DNA of 64,000 bases from contig JACRGB010000028.1 of NCBI GenBank assembly GCA_016212505.1, forward strand, positions 9,537 through 73,536. Direction: 5' to 3'. The position numbers were made by a program, and so were the translations under genes. Below are positions 28,754 through 38,790 of the stretch, piece after piece. Below the pieces are notes generated by a model. That model made no database searches, was not told where the DNA came from, and worked only from the letters and a program-made list of their open reading frames with translations. How positions within the stretch are numbered: the stretch's first letter is position 1; every line of letters starts with the position of its first letter. The stretch comes from Candidatus Micrarchaeota archaeon. GTDB taxonomy: Archaea > Micrarchaeota > Micrarchaeia > Anstonellales > Bilamarchaeaceae.

Positions 28754-29440
28754 TCACCTTTTTTTGCACACGACCAAATGCCAGTGATAATTTAGGCCAA
28801 AACAATTATCATGAATTGAGCCAAAAACAAAATCACCAAAATAAGGACTAAATGCTTTTTCAATGTCCTTTTCGTCTTCAAAGATCTTCAGTATCTCTCC
28901 ATTTCTAACTTTGAAAAAATCATTTTTAATAAGTTTATACCCGGATTTAATATCTTCACTGTCAGAATATATGAAACTTGTTTTTTTGGGTATTGAAAGT
29001 ATCAGATATCCGCCTTTTTTAAGAACTCGTTGCAATTCACGGACGTGCTTCTCGAATTCAAATGAGTTTCCCATGTAGTAGCAAACATTCCAGGAGATAG
29101 CGTAGTCAAAGAAAGCATCATCAAATGGCAAATGGTCATTTTTACCTACACGGACATCTGCAGCTATGCCTTTTGAATTGAGATTAGCAGTGCTTTTAGT
29201 TACTATTTCATGGGTTAGCTCAGTACCATAAAGCTCAAAACCAAGTTGGTTGAATAGGACAAGATTCCTACCATCACCGCACCCAACATCACATAATTTT
29301 TTTGACTTGTACGATATTTTGTCAAGATCAAGATGAGGGTAGGTTCCTTTGAAAATTCTGACTAAATACTCTGAGGGGAAAGCCATCTGTTGCCTTTGGT
29401 CATACTCTCGATTCCATTCTGCATTGGAATTATAGCTCAT
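28754..29440 (-). CDS. class I SAM-dependent methyltransferase
   Basis: 228-aa ORF with DVGCGDGRN motif I and an acidic motif II (YGTEL). Confidence 0.8.
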   Translation of the reverse strand: MSYNSNAEWNREYDQRQQMAFPSEYLVRIFKGTYPHLDLDKISYKSKKLCDVGCGDGRNLVLFNQLGFELYGTELTHEIVTKSTANLNSKGIAADVRVGKNDHLPFDDAFFDYAISWNVCYYMGNSFEFEKHVRELQRVLKKGGYLILSIPKKTSFIYSDSEDIKSGYKLIKNDFFKVRNGEILKIFEDEKDIEKAFSPYFGDFVFGSIHDNCFGLNYHWHLVVCKKR

Positions 29441-30204
29441 TTAGATACGCCTCCTAAGGAAAGGACCTCAACGATCTCTCCGCCTGGCCCGATAGCGAAA
29501 AATATGTCTAATACTTTCCCGTTGACAGAAACCGATTCAATTTCCGTAACTTTTACCTTACTGGCCGAGAGTTTTTGGTGTTCGTTCGATGCCGAATTAG
29601 ATATCAACGCAATACAATTAAAACCATTATCATCAAGAGAAAAATGCCCGGAGCCTGACTTTGGTTCCGATTTCCTTAGATATATTACAAATTTTTGTTT
29701 TTTTAATATGGAAAGAAATTCCATGGCTACTAGCCCGGTATCATCAGGTATTTGATTAAAACCAAAAAACTTCCAGAAGGTCATACTCAGAGAAACATCT
29801 GAAGTGTTTATTATGGCCTTATTAAGGGCAAGGCCAGTTGCATCTTCCGTGACACATATTGGTATGTCCAAGGTTCCTGGAGCCAAAGTCGTATTTTTGA
29901 ATTTGCCAGCAGAGGACTCATTAATACCTTCATAAGTACGAAGGCCGTCAAATATTGGAAGCACATAGCCAGGTAATTTCCCGGCGTAGCCGTAATCGAT
30001 AAACTCTATACTTATACTATTGGGATGATCCATCAGAACTAAATCATGAGTAGGAGTAAAGTGGCTAACAAGTTTTCTCTTGATTGCTGGATTTGGAACA
30101 TTATTAGAGGAAAAGCGTTTCGAATATCCTAGGGTTTCGAATAGTTTTACTGCTTCATCATTTTTGGCAGAAGAAAAAGCGATATGATCAATTTGAAGGA
30201 ACAT
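29437..30204 (-). CDS. VOC/glyoxalase-like protein (tentative)
   Basis: 255-aa ORF. The N-terminal IDHIAFSS....EAVKLFETLGY resembles the first beta-alpha-beta3 module of VOC proteins. Weak call. Confidence 0.35.
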   Translation of the reverse strand: MFLQIDHIAFSSAKNDEAVKLFETLGYSKRFSSNNVPNPAIKRKLVSHFTPTHDLVLMDHPNSISIEFIDYGYAGKLPGYVLPIFDGLRTYEGINESSAGKFKNTTLAPGTLDIPICVTEDATGLALNKAIINTSDVSLSMTFWKFFGFNQIPDDTGLVAMEFLSILKKQKFVIYLRKSEPKSGSGHFSLDDNGFNCIALISNSASNEHQKLSASKVKVTEIESVSVNGKVLDIFFAIGPGGEIVEVLSLGGVSK

Positions 30205-31699
30205 TCAATCTCTCCGCACAAAGTTTTCTAATTTTTGGTTTGTCAGTTTTCCCATTTGTATTTTTAGGTATTTCTTTCAGCATAAGAAATTGGTTTATTT
30301 GGTAGTCGCTGCCAAGTTTTTGAACCAGTTCACTATTAAGAACCTTAAGAAGGCGTTCATTGTGCTCACCTTTTGGTGAAAATACACAAACAACTTTTTC
30401 CCCTAGGATCGGGTCGGGAAGACCTACGATTACGACTTCATCAAAAATATCAAGCTTATAGATAAAGTCTTCAATCCGTTTAGGGCTTATATTGAACCCT
30501 CCTCGGATTATGAGGTCTTTTTTCCTGCCAGTAATCTTAACGAAACCGTCATTTTCAAACACCCCTAGGTCACCAGAGAGGTATTTTTCATCATGAAAAA
30601 ATTTTTCTGTACTCATATTAGTATATCCTAAGAACATCCATGGGACTGTGATAAGGATCTCTTGATCGGTAAGAAAGTCCAATTTTACGCCTTGGAGAAG
30701 AGGCCCTACGGCATCGGGTCGATCATGGCCGGGATAATTACTACTAACAAACAAGGTTTCTGAAAGGCCATAGCTTTCATATAAGGGTATCTTATATTTA
30801 GCCTCAAATGAGATTTTTAGGTGGCTCGGTAATGGCGCAGTGCCTACACATGCAATGATGTTTCGATTTTTTGCATAATCAATTCCTTCAGTACTTCGGT
30901 CTAGCTTAAGTAAAAGTGCTATAATGGTTGGACTGAGCCAGAACGTATTTGCAGAATATTTAATTGGGATTTTCCAAAAATGCATAACGGCAGCCACATT
31001 GAATCGTTCACCCAGCACCACCGAACTTCCTGAAATAAATGGGAGGAAAAAAAGATTGAGTATTCCTGCCATATAGCTCATTGAGAAATTATGGTAGAAA
31101 ATATTATTTTTTCCGAAATTAAATCTGCTCTTAAAAGCAAGCGAGGTGTGGAAAAGATTATTGAATGAATGCATAACTCCTTTCGGAACACCTGTTGAAC
31201 CTGAAGTAAATGTAATCAAAAATAGCTTGTCATAATCTAGTCCATCAAAAATAGAAAGCTCGCTTAAATTCACAGCGCTCTTTTTCTGGAGAGATTTCCG
31301 CACAGGATCAAAGTTAATTACTTGGTCTGAAGCAAACAAAATTGGCAAATCGGAAAGTTCGGAGATTATTTTCTCATACTTAACTTGGCCCAAGGTGTCG
31401 GTTATTTCTTCTTTCCCTTTTGTTGGGTCTATAGGTGCAGCCACTGATCCTAAAATTAGGGACGCAAGATAAAATGCGCTAAGTTCCACAGAGTTATGAA
31501 CCAAAGTGCACACAATATCATCCTTAGTTATACCGTTTTTTTTCAACTGATCCCTAAAACTTATTGCAAGTCCAAAAAATTCCTCATAGGTAAGTGAAGA
31601 ATCGTTAAGCCCATCAAACATGAATTTTTCTTTCCAGTTTTCTTTGAAAAGATTTTTTATGTATTCGGCAGTATCAGATCTTGCGCTCATCTTGCTCAC
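30188..31699 (-). CDS. adenylate-forming acyl-AMP/ACP (CoA) ligase
   Basis: 503-aa ORF with the FTSGSTGVPKGV AMP-binding motif, YGLSET, GDLG and a terminal GK. Confidence 0.85.
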   Translation of the reverse strand: MSKMSARSDTAEYIKNLFKENWKEKFMFDGLNDSSLTYEEFFGLAISFRDQLKKNGITKDDIVCTLVHNSVELSAFYLASLILGSVAAPIDPTKGKEEITDTLGQVKYEKIISELSDLPILFASDQVINFDPVRKSLQKKSAVNLSELSIFDGLDYDKLFLITFTSGSTGVPKGVMHSFNNLFHTSLAFKSRFNFGKNNIFYHNFSMSYMAGILNLFFLPFISGSSVVLGERFNVAAVMHFWKIPIKYSANTFWLSPTIIALLLKLDRSTEGIDYAKNRNIIACVGTAPLPSHLKISFEAKYKIPLYESYGLSETLFVSSNYPGHDRPDAVGPLLQGVKLDFLTDQEILITVPWMFLGYTNMSTEKFFHDEKYLSGDLGVFENDGFVKITGRKKDLIIRGGFNISPKRIEDFIYKLDIFDEVVIVGLPDPILGEKVVCVFSPKGEHNERLLKVLNSELVQKLGSDYQINQFLMLKEIPKNTNGKTDKPKIRKLCAERLNVPSN

Positions 31700-32738
31700 C
31701 GCCTACATAGCGCTCAAAGCCATATTTTGTGAGATAAATTTTCTCTTCTTTTTTTATTTGCTGTGCAACGTCTTCAAGTAATTTCTGATCCAGGTTGACC
31801 TTATCTATCTTAGTCCACTCTAAAATTAGCAAAATCGGATCTATTCTGTATTTGGCCGAACATTTCTGTATAGCAGGCATATAGCTGGAATGAAAATCGG
31901 AGTAGCCTGATATGATATCAAGAGGCATCTTTCCGTTGCTGCTTAGCAAAGGTTGTACAAAATTCTGACCGAGTTCAAAGAGCCGCCTGAGATCTACATT
32001 GATTTCATGCCCCCTCTTTTTCAGAGCCGCCACAAGTACCTCACTACATGCATTTCCAGAGCTTCTACCCAGTCCTTGCATGGAAGAATCAACAAATAAC
32101 GCTCCAAGCTCAAATGCTTCGACACTATTGGATATGGACATACCTAAATTATCATGGCCATGAAAACCTATATCGATATTTGATGCTTTTCTTATAGATT
32201 CGAAATAACGTCGCACATCACTAGGAAACATTCCTCCAGCAGAATCAACAATATAAACCATATCTGCCCCGTATTTCTCCGAAAGCAGCACATTTTGAGC
32301 GAATTGTTCTGGTGAAGAAACATATGATTTCATATAGTTGGCGGCTACAAACATCCCGTAATCTTTTGCCCTTTTAATGAACTCTTCGGATTTTTGTACT
32401 TCAGTAACGTTCGTTCCAATTCGTATAAATCCCATATTATGTTTTGCTGCCAGATCAATATCTTCAAGTCTTGCTATGCCGGGTATGCAGAACATCCCAT
32501 ATTTCGCTTTCCTTAAGGCGCCTTCTGCAGCGACCATATGTTCCTCATCAGTTGCTGCTGCCTGTCCATAACCTTTATTAGTAGCATTTAACCCGACACC
32601 ATGGCCAATTTCAATATATTCAAACCCTATTTCTTCCAGTTCCTTGCAAACAAATGCAGTATCAGCAGAGGTGAATGAAAAGTTTATAACATAACTACCA
32701 TCCCTAAGGGTTATCTCCATTATATTGTGCTTTTTCAT
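31674..32738 (-). CDS. HMGL-like aldolase (4-hydroxy-2-oxovalerate aldolase / pyruvate carboxyltransferase family)
   Basis: 354-aa ORF with ITLRDGSY, IEIGHG and DSAGGMFP; GFHGHDNLGM supplies the TIM-barrel metal ligands. Confidence 0.8.
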   Translation of the reverse strand: MKKHNIMEITLRDGSYVINFSFTSADTAFVCKELEEIGFEYIEIGHGVGLNATNKGYGQAAATDEEHMVAAEGALRKAKYGMFCIPGIARLEDIDLAAKHNMGFIRIGTNVTEVQKSEEFIKRAKDYGMFVAANYMKSYVSSPEQFAQNVLLSEKYGADMVYIVDSAGGMFPSDVRRYFESIRKASNIDIGFHGHDNLGMSISNSVEAFELGALFVDSSMQGLGRSSGNACSEVLVAALKKRGHEINVDLRRLFELGQNFVQPLLSSNGKMPLDIISGYSDFHSSYMPAIQKCSAKYRIDPILLILEWTKIDKVNLDQKLLEDVAQQIKKEEKIYLTKYGFERYVGGEQDERKI

Positions 32739-32761
32739 ATGATCAACTTGCTAGAACCGTT

Positions 32762-33160
32762 CTAAGGGCGTTCTATGACTGCAAATGCGATCGCATTAGA
32801 ATCAGAATGCGATAAGCTAATATGCACCTGCATCTTTTTGAACTGCTCTTTTTTTATTTTTTTTATATAAATTGAAGGAAATCCACCAAAGTTTATCAGC
32901 ACTTCTATATCTTTAAGGGTTATTCGAGGATTTGACTTAAGGGCCGTATAAAGGGCTTTGAAAACCGCCTCCTTGGCAGCATAACGTACAGCCAGATGAT
33001 GTTCAGGAGTTATCTTTTTTAGGCAGTATTTGAGTTCATTGCGGGTAAAGATTTTTTTTAAAAAAACCTTATCACCAAGTTTTTTTGCAAATCTTTCAAC
33101 AAGTTCTATATCCACACCAATGGCAAGGATCGTGGCGCTCATCATAAAATCTGAAACCAT
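32762..33160 (-). CDS. acpS: holo-ACP synthase (4'-phosphopantetheinyl transferase)
   Basis: 132-aa ORF with GVDIELVERF, AAKEAVFKAL and ISLSHSDSNAIAFAVIE, the AcpS motifs. Confidence 0.8.
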   Translation of the reverse strand: MVSDFMMSATILAIGVDIELVERFAKKLGDKVFLKKIFTRNELKYCLKKITPEHHLAVRYAAKEAVFKALYTALKSNPRITLKDIEVLINFGGFPSIYIKKIKKEQFKKMQVHISLSHSDSNAIAFAVIERP

Positions 33161-33187
33161 TATTAATATAAACGGAACAGAAAAATA

Positions 33188-34399
33188 ATGCCAAAAATAC
33201 TTTTTATTCCAAGTTCACTTAACCAATTCAAAAAGTTCCTTCAGATAATGAACAAACTCCCTGATGGTTTCACCCACACCACAATAAATATCGATAAATT
33301 TAGGCAAACTTTCACAATGGAGTCAATAAAAAGCTCCAAGGTTGACTTCATAGCCATTGAAAGCATAACTAACCAAAGCGTTAGAAATATGATAAAAGAA
33401 CAGAATCCGAGCCTCATCATATTAGGCAATGACACAGACATAACACCTTACATATTTGCTGTTGAATCAAAAAAAATTGGGATACCAGTACTCCTCATAC
33501 AGGATGGCACTCTTTCATTTAAGACAGTAAAAAAGCCGCTTGATATTGGATATGCCATGGATCTTTTCAAAACATATACACCAAAATTTCTTTTGGGTCG
33601 GATTCTAGCTAAACTGAAAAGAAGTAAAGGCCCAAAATTGTCGGATTATGGCTGCTATTCGGATTACATTGCAGTTTGGGGAGAATATGCAAGAAATCAG
33701 CTCATAGAGAGGGGCAGCCCACCAGAAAAGATCATAGTTACCGGATCACCTTCCATTGATTTTGTGTTAAAACAGCAGATAGATAAAAATAGGATATTTC
33801 AGTCGCTTAAGGCAGATCCTGAGAAAAAGACAATATTTTTTGCAGCATCAGATATGATAGGTGCAAGGTTGTGGACTAGAGATGAATTTGAGAACACCAT
33901 CAAACAAGTATGCAATGCAGTAAATAATATGGATGAAGTCCAGTTAATTATAAAAATACATCCCTTTCACCAGGGAAGAGAGCCTAAATTCATGGAAAAA
34001 TTTGTGGACGGAAAAAAGATTTTCGATGGGGGCATCGTGGATACTACAGACCTGCTTCAATTATGCGATATCCTGATAACTGATGTTTCAACATCAGCAC
34101 TAGAGGCCATGGCAATTGGTAAAAATGTTGCAATAATTAACTTAACGTCTAGGTCAGTTAGTGAACCATATCCAGATATTTATATAACAGATGGGGTTGC
34201 GTTTCTCATTAATAATGAGGAGCAGGTGGAAACCTGCCTAAATCGAATCCTTTATGACAATGAGCTTAGGGATAGCTTGGCAAAAAAAAGGAATGAGTTT
34301 GTGAAGGAACAACTTTTTAGACTTGATGGAAAATCTTCGGAAAGAGTAGTTGATCTTATAATAAAAATAATTGAAAACAGGTTTAGAATTGCTAATTAA
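33188..34399 (+). CDS. GT-B-fold transferase (TagF/KpsS/2-epimerase-like), candidate nonulosonate or glycerophosphate transferase
   Basis: 403-aa ORF. IKIHPFH followed by CDILITDVSTSALEAMAIGKNV resembles the C-terminal nucleotide-sugar binding half of GT-B enzymes. The family is not resolved. Confidence 0.4.
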   Translation: MPKILFIPSSLNQFKKFLQIMNKLPDGFTHTTINIDKFRQTFTMESIKSSKVDFIAIESITNQSVRNMIKEQNPSLIILGNDTDITPYIFAVESKKIGIPVLLIQDGTLSFKTVKKPLDIGYAMDLFKTYTPKFLLGRILAKLKRSKGPKLSDYGCYSDYIAVWGEYARNQLIERGSPPEKIIVTGSPSIDFVLKQQIDKNRIFQSLKADPEKKTIFFAASDMIGARLWTRDEFENTIKQVCNAVNNMDEVQLIIKIHPFHQGREPKFMEKFVDGKKIFDGGIVDTTDLLQLCDILITDVSTSALEAMAIGKNVAIINLTSRSVSEPYPDIYITDGVAFLINNEEQVETCLNRILYDNELRDSLAKKRNEFVKEQLFRLDGKSSERVVDLIIKIIENRFRIAN

Positions 34400-35064
34400 A
34401 CAATAGAAGAGTCATCCTTTTTACGGCCGCATAGCACTATTGGATCCCCAAGGCCAATCCGAATAAATAAGTTTTTGCCAAAAAGGTTCTGGGACTTCGG
34501 TAATCTAAGAACACTAAAAACCTCGACATCACTAAAGCCTGATTCTAAAAGTAAATCTTTCCATTCTTGCTCGGTTCTTGCATTGTTATAAGAATCTGAG
34601 CGACGCTTTCGCACATCCATGAAAAAAGGTCTATTGGCATTTGGAGCAGTTGCGAAAAATATCCCATTTGGAGAAAGTGCGGATAAGATATTATCTATCA
34701 ATTTTTTGTGTTTATCTTTTGTTATTAAACCAAATGTGCCGAAAGATATCATGAGGTTAAATTTTTCCTCAAAACGTATAGTTTCACTAAAGTCACACAC
34801 TTTGCAGTTCAACATAGGAAATCGTTGCCTGCAGGTCCTTATTGCCAATTCTGAAATATCTGCGCCATAACAATCGGCACCCATATCGTACAGGGACTTG
34901 AGCATCAAACCAAAACCACAGCCAATATCGAGAACTTTGGCACCATTAGTAGGAATTTTAGATAATCCGCATAGGCCAAGTAAGTCGTGATTATAACGGA
35001 CATTAGTTGCCTCTTGCTTATCGTATTCTTCAATTCCTTCTTTTGTTTTGAAGTATTTGTCCAT
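34396..35064 (-). CDS. class I SAM-dependent methyltransferase
   Basis: 222-aa ORF with VLDIGCGFG motif I and GADIS motif II. Confidence 0.8.
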   Translation of the reverse strand: MDKYFKTKEGIEEYDKQEATNVRYNHDLLGLCGLSKIPTNGAKVLDIGCGFGLMLKSLYDMGADCYGADISELAIRTCRQRFPMLNCKVCDFSETIRFEEKFNLMISFGTFGLITKDKHKKLIDNILSALSPNGIFFATAPNANRPFFMDVRKRRSDSYNNARTEQEWKDLLLESGFSDVEVFSVLRLPKSQNLFGKNLFIRIGLGDPIVLCGRKKDDSSIV

Positions 35065-35107
35065 ACCAAACCTCAGATGTCACTATAGGCTAACTATCAA
35101 AGCCACC

Positions 35108-36073
35108 TTAATTGCGTAAATTTTTTGCAAAATTTTTCATTGTCATAAAATTCATGCGAAATGATTTTTTTAACTCGGATAAAGCACCTTCTATTTTGCT
35201 AAAATTATTGGCTGATGAATAGGTAAACTCATTTCCCAAATCCTCACTACACTCAAAAAACTCCCAGGGGTGGCTAAGAAAAACAATGAACGGTTTTTGG
35301 CCATTTAGGATTTGTAATTTTGCAACTCTCGTTGCAGCAGCAACAATATCGGTTTTGAGATCTCTCAATACAACGTTGTAAGTGTTGAAAACATTATAGT
35401 GCGCAATAGCGAATTTGCTAAAAAACGGCATAGGATCGGTAGTAACTGGTATCTGAATAAGATTTTGCCATTTAGTCACTAATGAGGCAGTTCCAGTATA
35501 AGAAGGAGGGGAAGAATCAGTACTAAAACCATACTCTTGGAGTAACGAGAGGGTTTGGTTATCTGCTACCATATTTGGCGCGCGGAAAGATTTTGGAGGT
35601 TCAATTTTTGCCCGCTCAAAAGCGTCAAGAGACTTATTTAAAAGTTCGCGGCGCTGAGCAGAGTTTGGAACTGGGCCTTGGGTAAACCAGGCACGGCCCC
35701 AATTTTCATGAGCATAGCCATGAAGCCCAACTTCGAGATCAATTCCATCACTTTCTAAGCGCTTTAGCGAAGGTGCCAAGGATGCTATGAGGTCCCCTTG
35801 AACAAATAACGTAGGGCTGATTTTGTTTTTTGCAAAAAAATCCCTTGCTTTATCTAAATAAGGTGCAGAGTAAAGTGTTTGACCGGATCCTGCTGAACCA
35901 TAATCGTATTCGACATCAACAGTGAATAGGAAGTCAATTTCCTGATGCTCATCTATTTCAACTGAATCAAGTTTTTTTGAAAGGGCGTTCCAGCGCAGCA
36001 CATTCATAGGGGAATAAATTGGGGATCTAGGATCAAATAGGCCGCCAAAAACGATATTTTTATCTCTAAGCAT
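35108..36073 (-). CDS. polysaccharide deacetylase (CE4-like)
   Basis: 321-aa ORF with FTVDVEYDYG and HGYAHE metal-binding-like motifs. Moderate call. Confidence 0.6.
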   Translation of the reverse strand: MLRDKNIVFGGLFDPRSPIYSPMNVLRWNALSKKLDSVEIDEHQEIDFLFTVDVEYDYGSAGSGQTLYSAPYLDKARDFFAKNKISPTLFVQGDLIASLAPSLKRLESDGIDLEVGLHGYAHENWGRAWFTQGPVPNSAQRRELLNKSLDAFERAKIEPPKSFRAPNMVADNQTLSLLQEYGFSTDSSPPSYTGTASLVTKWQNLIQIPVTTDPMPFFSKFAIAHYNVFNTYNVVLRDLKTDIVAAATRVAKLQILNGQKPFIVFLSHPWEFFECSEDLGNEFTYSSANNFSKIEGALSELKKSFRMNFMTMKNFAKNLRN

Positions 36074-36125
36074 GAGCTAGATGATGAAGAAAGTGAATTA
36101 AAAGGTTCACAAACAGATAAAGGAC

Positions 36126-37142
36126 ATGGATTGGAAATCAAAAAAGGTCTTAGTTACTGGTGCTGGCGGATTTATAGGAAGCCATCTTTGTGAAGAATTA
36201 GTATCATTAGGTGCAGATGTCCGGGCAATGATCCATTATAATTCAAGCAATTACTGGGGAAACCTCGAACTAGTGGACAAGAAAACAGTAGATAAAATGG
36301 AAGTAATTGCAGGAGATGTGCGGGATCCATTCTTTATGAGAAAAGCAGTTAAGGAATGCGACTATGTATTCCACTTGGCTGCACTCATTGCCATTCCTTA
36401 TTCTTATATTGCGCCAAAAGATTTTGTTGACACCAATGTTAATGGAACCTTAAATGTCATGCAGGCCTCTTTGGAAGAAGGGGTAAAGAAGATAGTACAT
36501 ACCTCAACTAGCGAAGTCTATGGGACTGCACAATATGTACCAATTGATGAATCTCATCCATTGCAGGGCCAATCACCTTATTCAGCTAGCAAGATCGGCG
36601 CTGATAAGATTGCTGAAAGTTATTATTTGTCATTTGGGCTCCCGATTGCAACTCTGAGACCATTTAACACATTTGGACCAAGGCAATCGGCAAGGGCAGT
36701 AATTCCTACAATCATATCACAGCTGTTTTCAGAAAGAGGAGGAAAAGCCGGAGGAGCAGAAGGAAAACTAAATCTTGGTTCATTAATTCCGGTAAGGGAC
36801 TTTACCTATGTTAAAGATACTGCCAAAGCATTTGTTGCAGTGGCAGAGTCAAGCAAAACAGTCGGTATAGTGGTAAATTCCGGTACTGGAGAGGGCCATA
36901 CCATAGGTGATATTGCGAATAGCTTGATAAGCATCACCAAAAGCAAGGCAGAAATCGTTAAAGACAATAAGAGGATCCGACCGGAAAAAAGCGAGGTTAT
37001 GAAGCTCATATGTTCAAATAAAAAAATCAAGGAACTTACTGGATGGAAGCCGCAGGTCTCTTTTGAGCAAGGGCTAGGCGAAACAGTTGACTATATAAAA
37101 AACAATATCGGAAGGTATAAAACGGACATATATAACCTCTGA
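36126..37142 (+). CDS. NAD-dependent nucleotide-sugar dehydratase/epimerase (SDR)
   Basis: 338-aa ORF with VLVTGAGGFIGSHL, STSEVYG and YSASKIGAD. Confidence 0.85.
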   Translation: MDWKSKKVLVTGAGGFIGSHLCEELVSLGADVRAMIHYNSSNYWGNLELVDKKTVDKMEVIAGDVRDPFFMRKAVKECDYVFHLAALIAIPYSYIAPKDFVDTNVNGTLNVMQASLEEGVKKIVHTSTSEVYGTAQYVPIDESHPLQGQSPYSASKIGADKIAESYYLSFGLPIATLRPFNTFGPRQSARAVIPTIISQLFSERGGKAGGAEGKLNLGSLIPVRDFTYVKDTAKAFVAVAESSKTVGIVVNSGTGEGHTIGDIANSLISITKSKAEIVKDNKRIRPEKSEVMKLICSNKKIKELTGWKPQVSFEQGLGETVDYIKNNIGRYKTDIYNL

Positions 37143-37160
37143 AGTAGGGGGGCAGCAAGC

Positions 37161-37868
37161 ATGCAGGCAATAATTTTAGCTGGGGGAAAAGGAACACGGT
37201 TACGGCCATATACTGCATCATTTCCAAAACCGCTAGTGCCAGTTGGTCAAAAGCCAATAATGGAAATAGTGATAAGGCAACTTCGGAATGCTGGCTTTGG
37301 GAAGATAGTGATATCAACAGGGCATCTTGCAGAACTTATAGAGGCTTATTTTGGTAATGGTAAAAAATTGGGTGTTGAAGTTAGTTATGTAAGGGAAGAA
37401 AAACCACTGAATACCGCTGGCGCACTATCAATTATTGATGGTTTGGAAGAGGATTTCCTTGTTATGAACGGTGACATACTAACTACTCTTGACTATGCGA
37501 AAATGTTCAGATATCATCTTGAGAACAAGGCAAGTGCAACAATAGGAGTTCACCAAAGGATCCATAAGGTCGATTATGGAGTAATAAAAATAGGCAAGAA
37601 TTCTTCTTTGGAGGACTATGTTGAGAAACCGCAGATGGATTTCCTGGTGAGTATGGGAATAAACATCCTAAACAAACATGCAGTTTCATATATCAAAAAA
37701 GGCGAACCTTTGGGAATGCCGGACCTTATGCTCAGGCTAAAAGGCAAGGGTGAAAAGGTCATTTGCTTTAAGGAAAAATGCGAATGGCTTGACATAGGTA
37801 GACCGGACGATTATGAATTGGCCCAAAATTTAGTTGAAAAGAATCCAGAGAGATATTTCCATGACTAA
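37161..37868 (+). CDS. sugar-1-phosphate nucleotidyltransferase
   Basis: 235-aa ORF with the MQAIILAGGKGTRLRPYT signature. Confidence 0.85.
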   Translation: MQAIILAGGKGTRLRPYTASFPKPLVPVGQKPIMEIVIRQLRNAGFGKIVISTGHLAELIEAYFGNGKKLGVEVSYVREEKPLNTAGALSIIDGLEEDFLVMNGDILTTLDYAKMFRYHLENKASATIGVHQRIHKVDYGVIKIGKNSSLEDYVEKPQMDFLVSMGINILNKHAVSYIKKGEPLGMPDLMLRLKGKGEKVICFKEKCEWLDIGRPDDYELAQNLVEKNPERYFHD

Positions 37869-38772
37869 ATATCTTATCACTGGTGCAAGCGGCTTTATTG
37901 GAAGTACATTCATAGAATTTTTGCTAAGGGAGCGCAAGGAAGCGGAAATCATCGGAGTGGGCCAGAGCGGTGCTAGAAAAGATATTGATTATAAAAAAAT
38001 TGATTTAACTGATTTTAGCAAGACCAAAGAATTTATAGAAAAAGCAAAACCGAATTATATATTTCATTTTGCAGGAGCGCCAGGTGCTGATGAATGGGAA
38101 AAACTAATTGACGGAAATATAAAAACAACCCTATCAATTTTGGAAGGTGCTGCTGCAACGCAAGGTCGTGCACAAGAAATGAAAATTTTTGTTATTGGTT
38201 CAGCTTCAGAATATGGAAACCCCACCCAGCTGCCGATCAAAGAAGATGCATCAGTTTTTCCAGCTTCAAGGTATGGAATTTCTATGGTATGCAGAACTGA
38301 AATTGCCAGGGGGTTTGCAAGCAGGGGATTGCAGATTTTCATAGGAAGATTGTTCAACCCAATAGGGCCTGGCCTCGATGAAAAATATGCAGCAGGATCT
38401 TTTGCCAAGCAGATAAAGACCATAAAGGAGGGCAAGCAAAAGAATCAAAGTGAAATATTCATAGGTGATCCGCAGGTAAAGCGGGATTTTGTTGATATGG
38501 ATGATGCTTGCAAAGCATTTCTTGCAATAGTTGAAAAAGGAAAAAGCGGGGAAATTTACAATATTTGCTCTGGCAAATCATATAAGATGGAAGAGCTGCT
38601 TAATTTCATGTTAAAAGAAGCTAAAATAAATCCGAAAATAAATGTTGATTCATCAAAAATGCGAAACAATCAGATAAGGGAAATAAAAGGCAGTACAGAA
38701 AAAATAAGCAAAGATACAGGCTGGGTTGCTAAAATTAGCCTGGAAGAAAGCGCAAAACGAATGTTAGTGTGA
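37861..38772 (+). CDS. NAD-dependent nucleotide-sugar reductase/epimerase (SDR)
   Basis: Start at the internal ATG 37861 (MTKYLITGASGFIGS), an 8-nt overlap with the preceding gene. YGISMVC supplies the YxxxK-like region. Confidence 0.8.
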   Translation: MTKYLITGASGFIGSTFIEFLLRERKEAEIIGVGQSGARKDIDYKKIDLTDFSKTKEFIEKAKPNYIFHFAGAPGADEWEKLIDGNIKTTLSILEGAAATQGRAQEMKIFVIGSASEYGNPTQLPIKEDASVFPASRYGISMVCRTEIARGFASRGLQIFIGRLFNPIGPGLDEKYAAGSFAKQIKTIKEGKQKNQSEIFIGDPQVKRDFVDMDDACKAFLAIVEKGKSGEIYNICSGKSYKMEELLNFMLKEAKINPKINVDSSKMRNNQIREIKGSTEKISKDTGWVAKISLEESAKRMLV

Positions 38773-38790
38773 ATAGAAAATTTGACCAGA

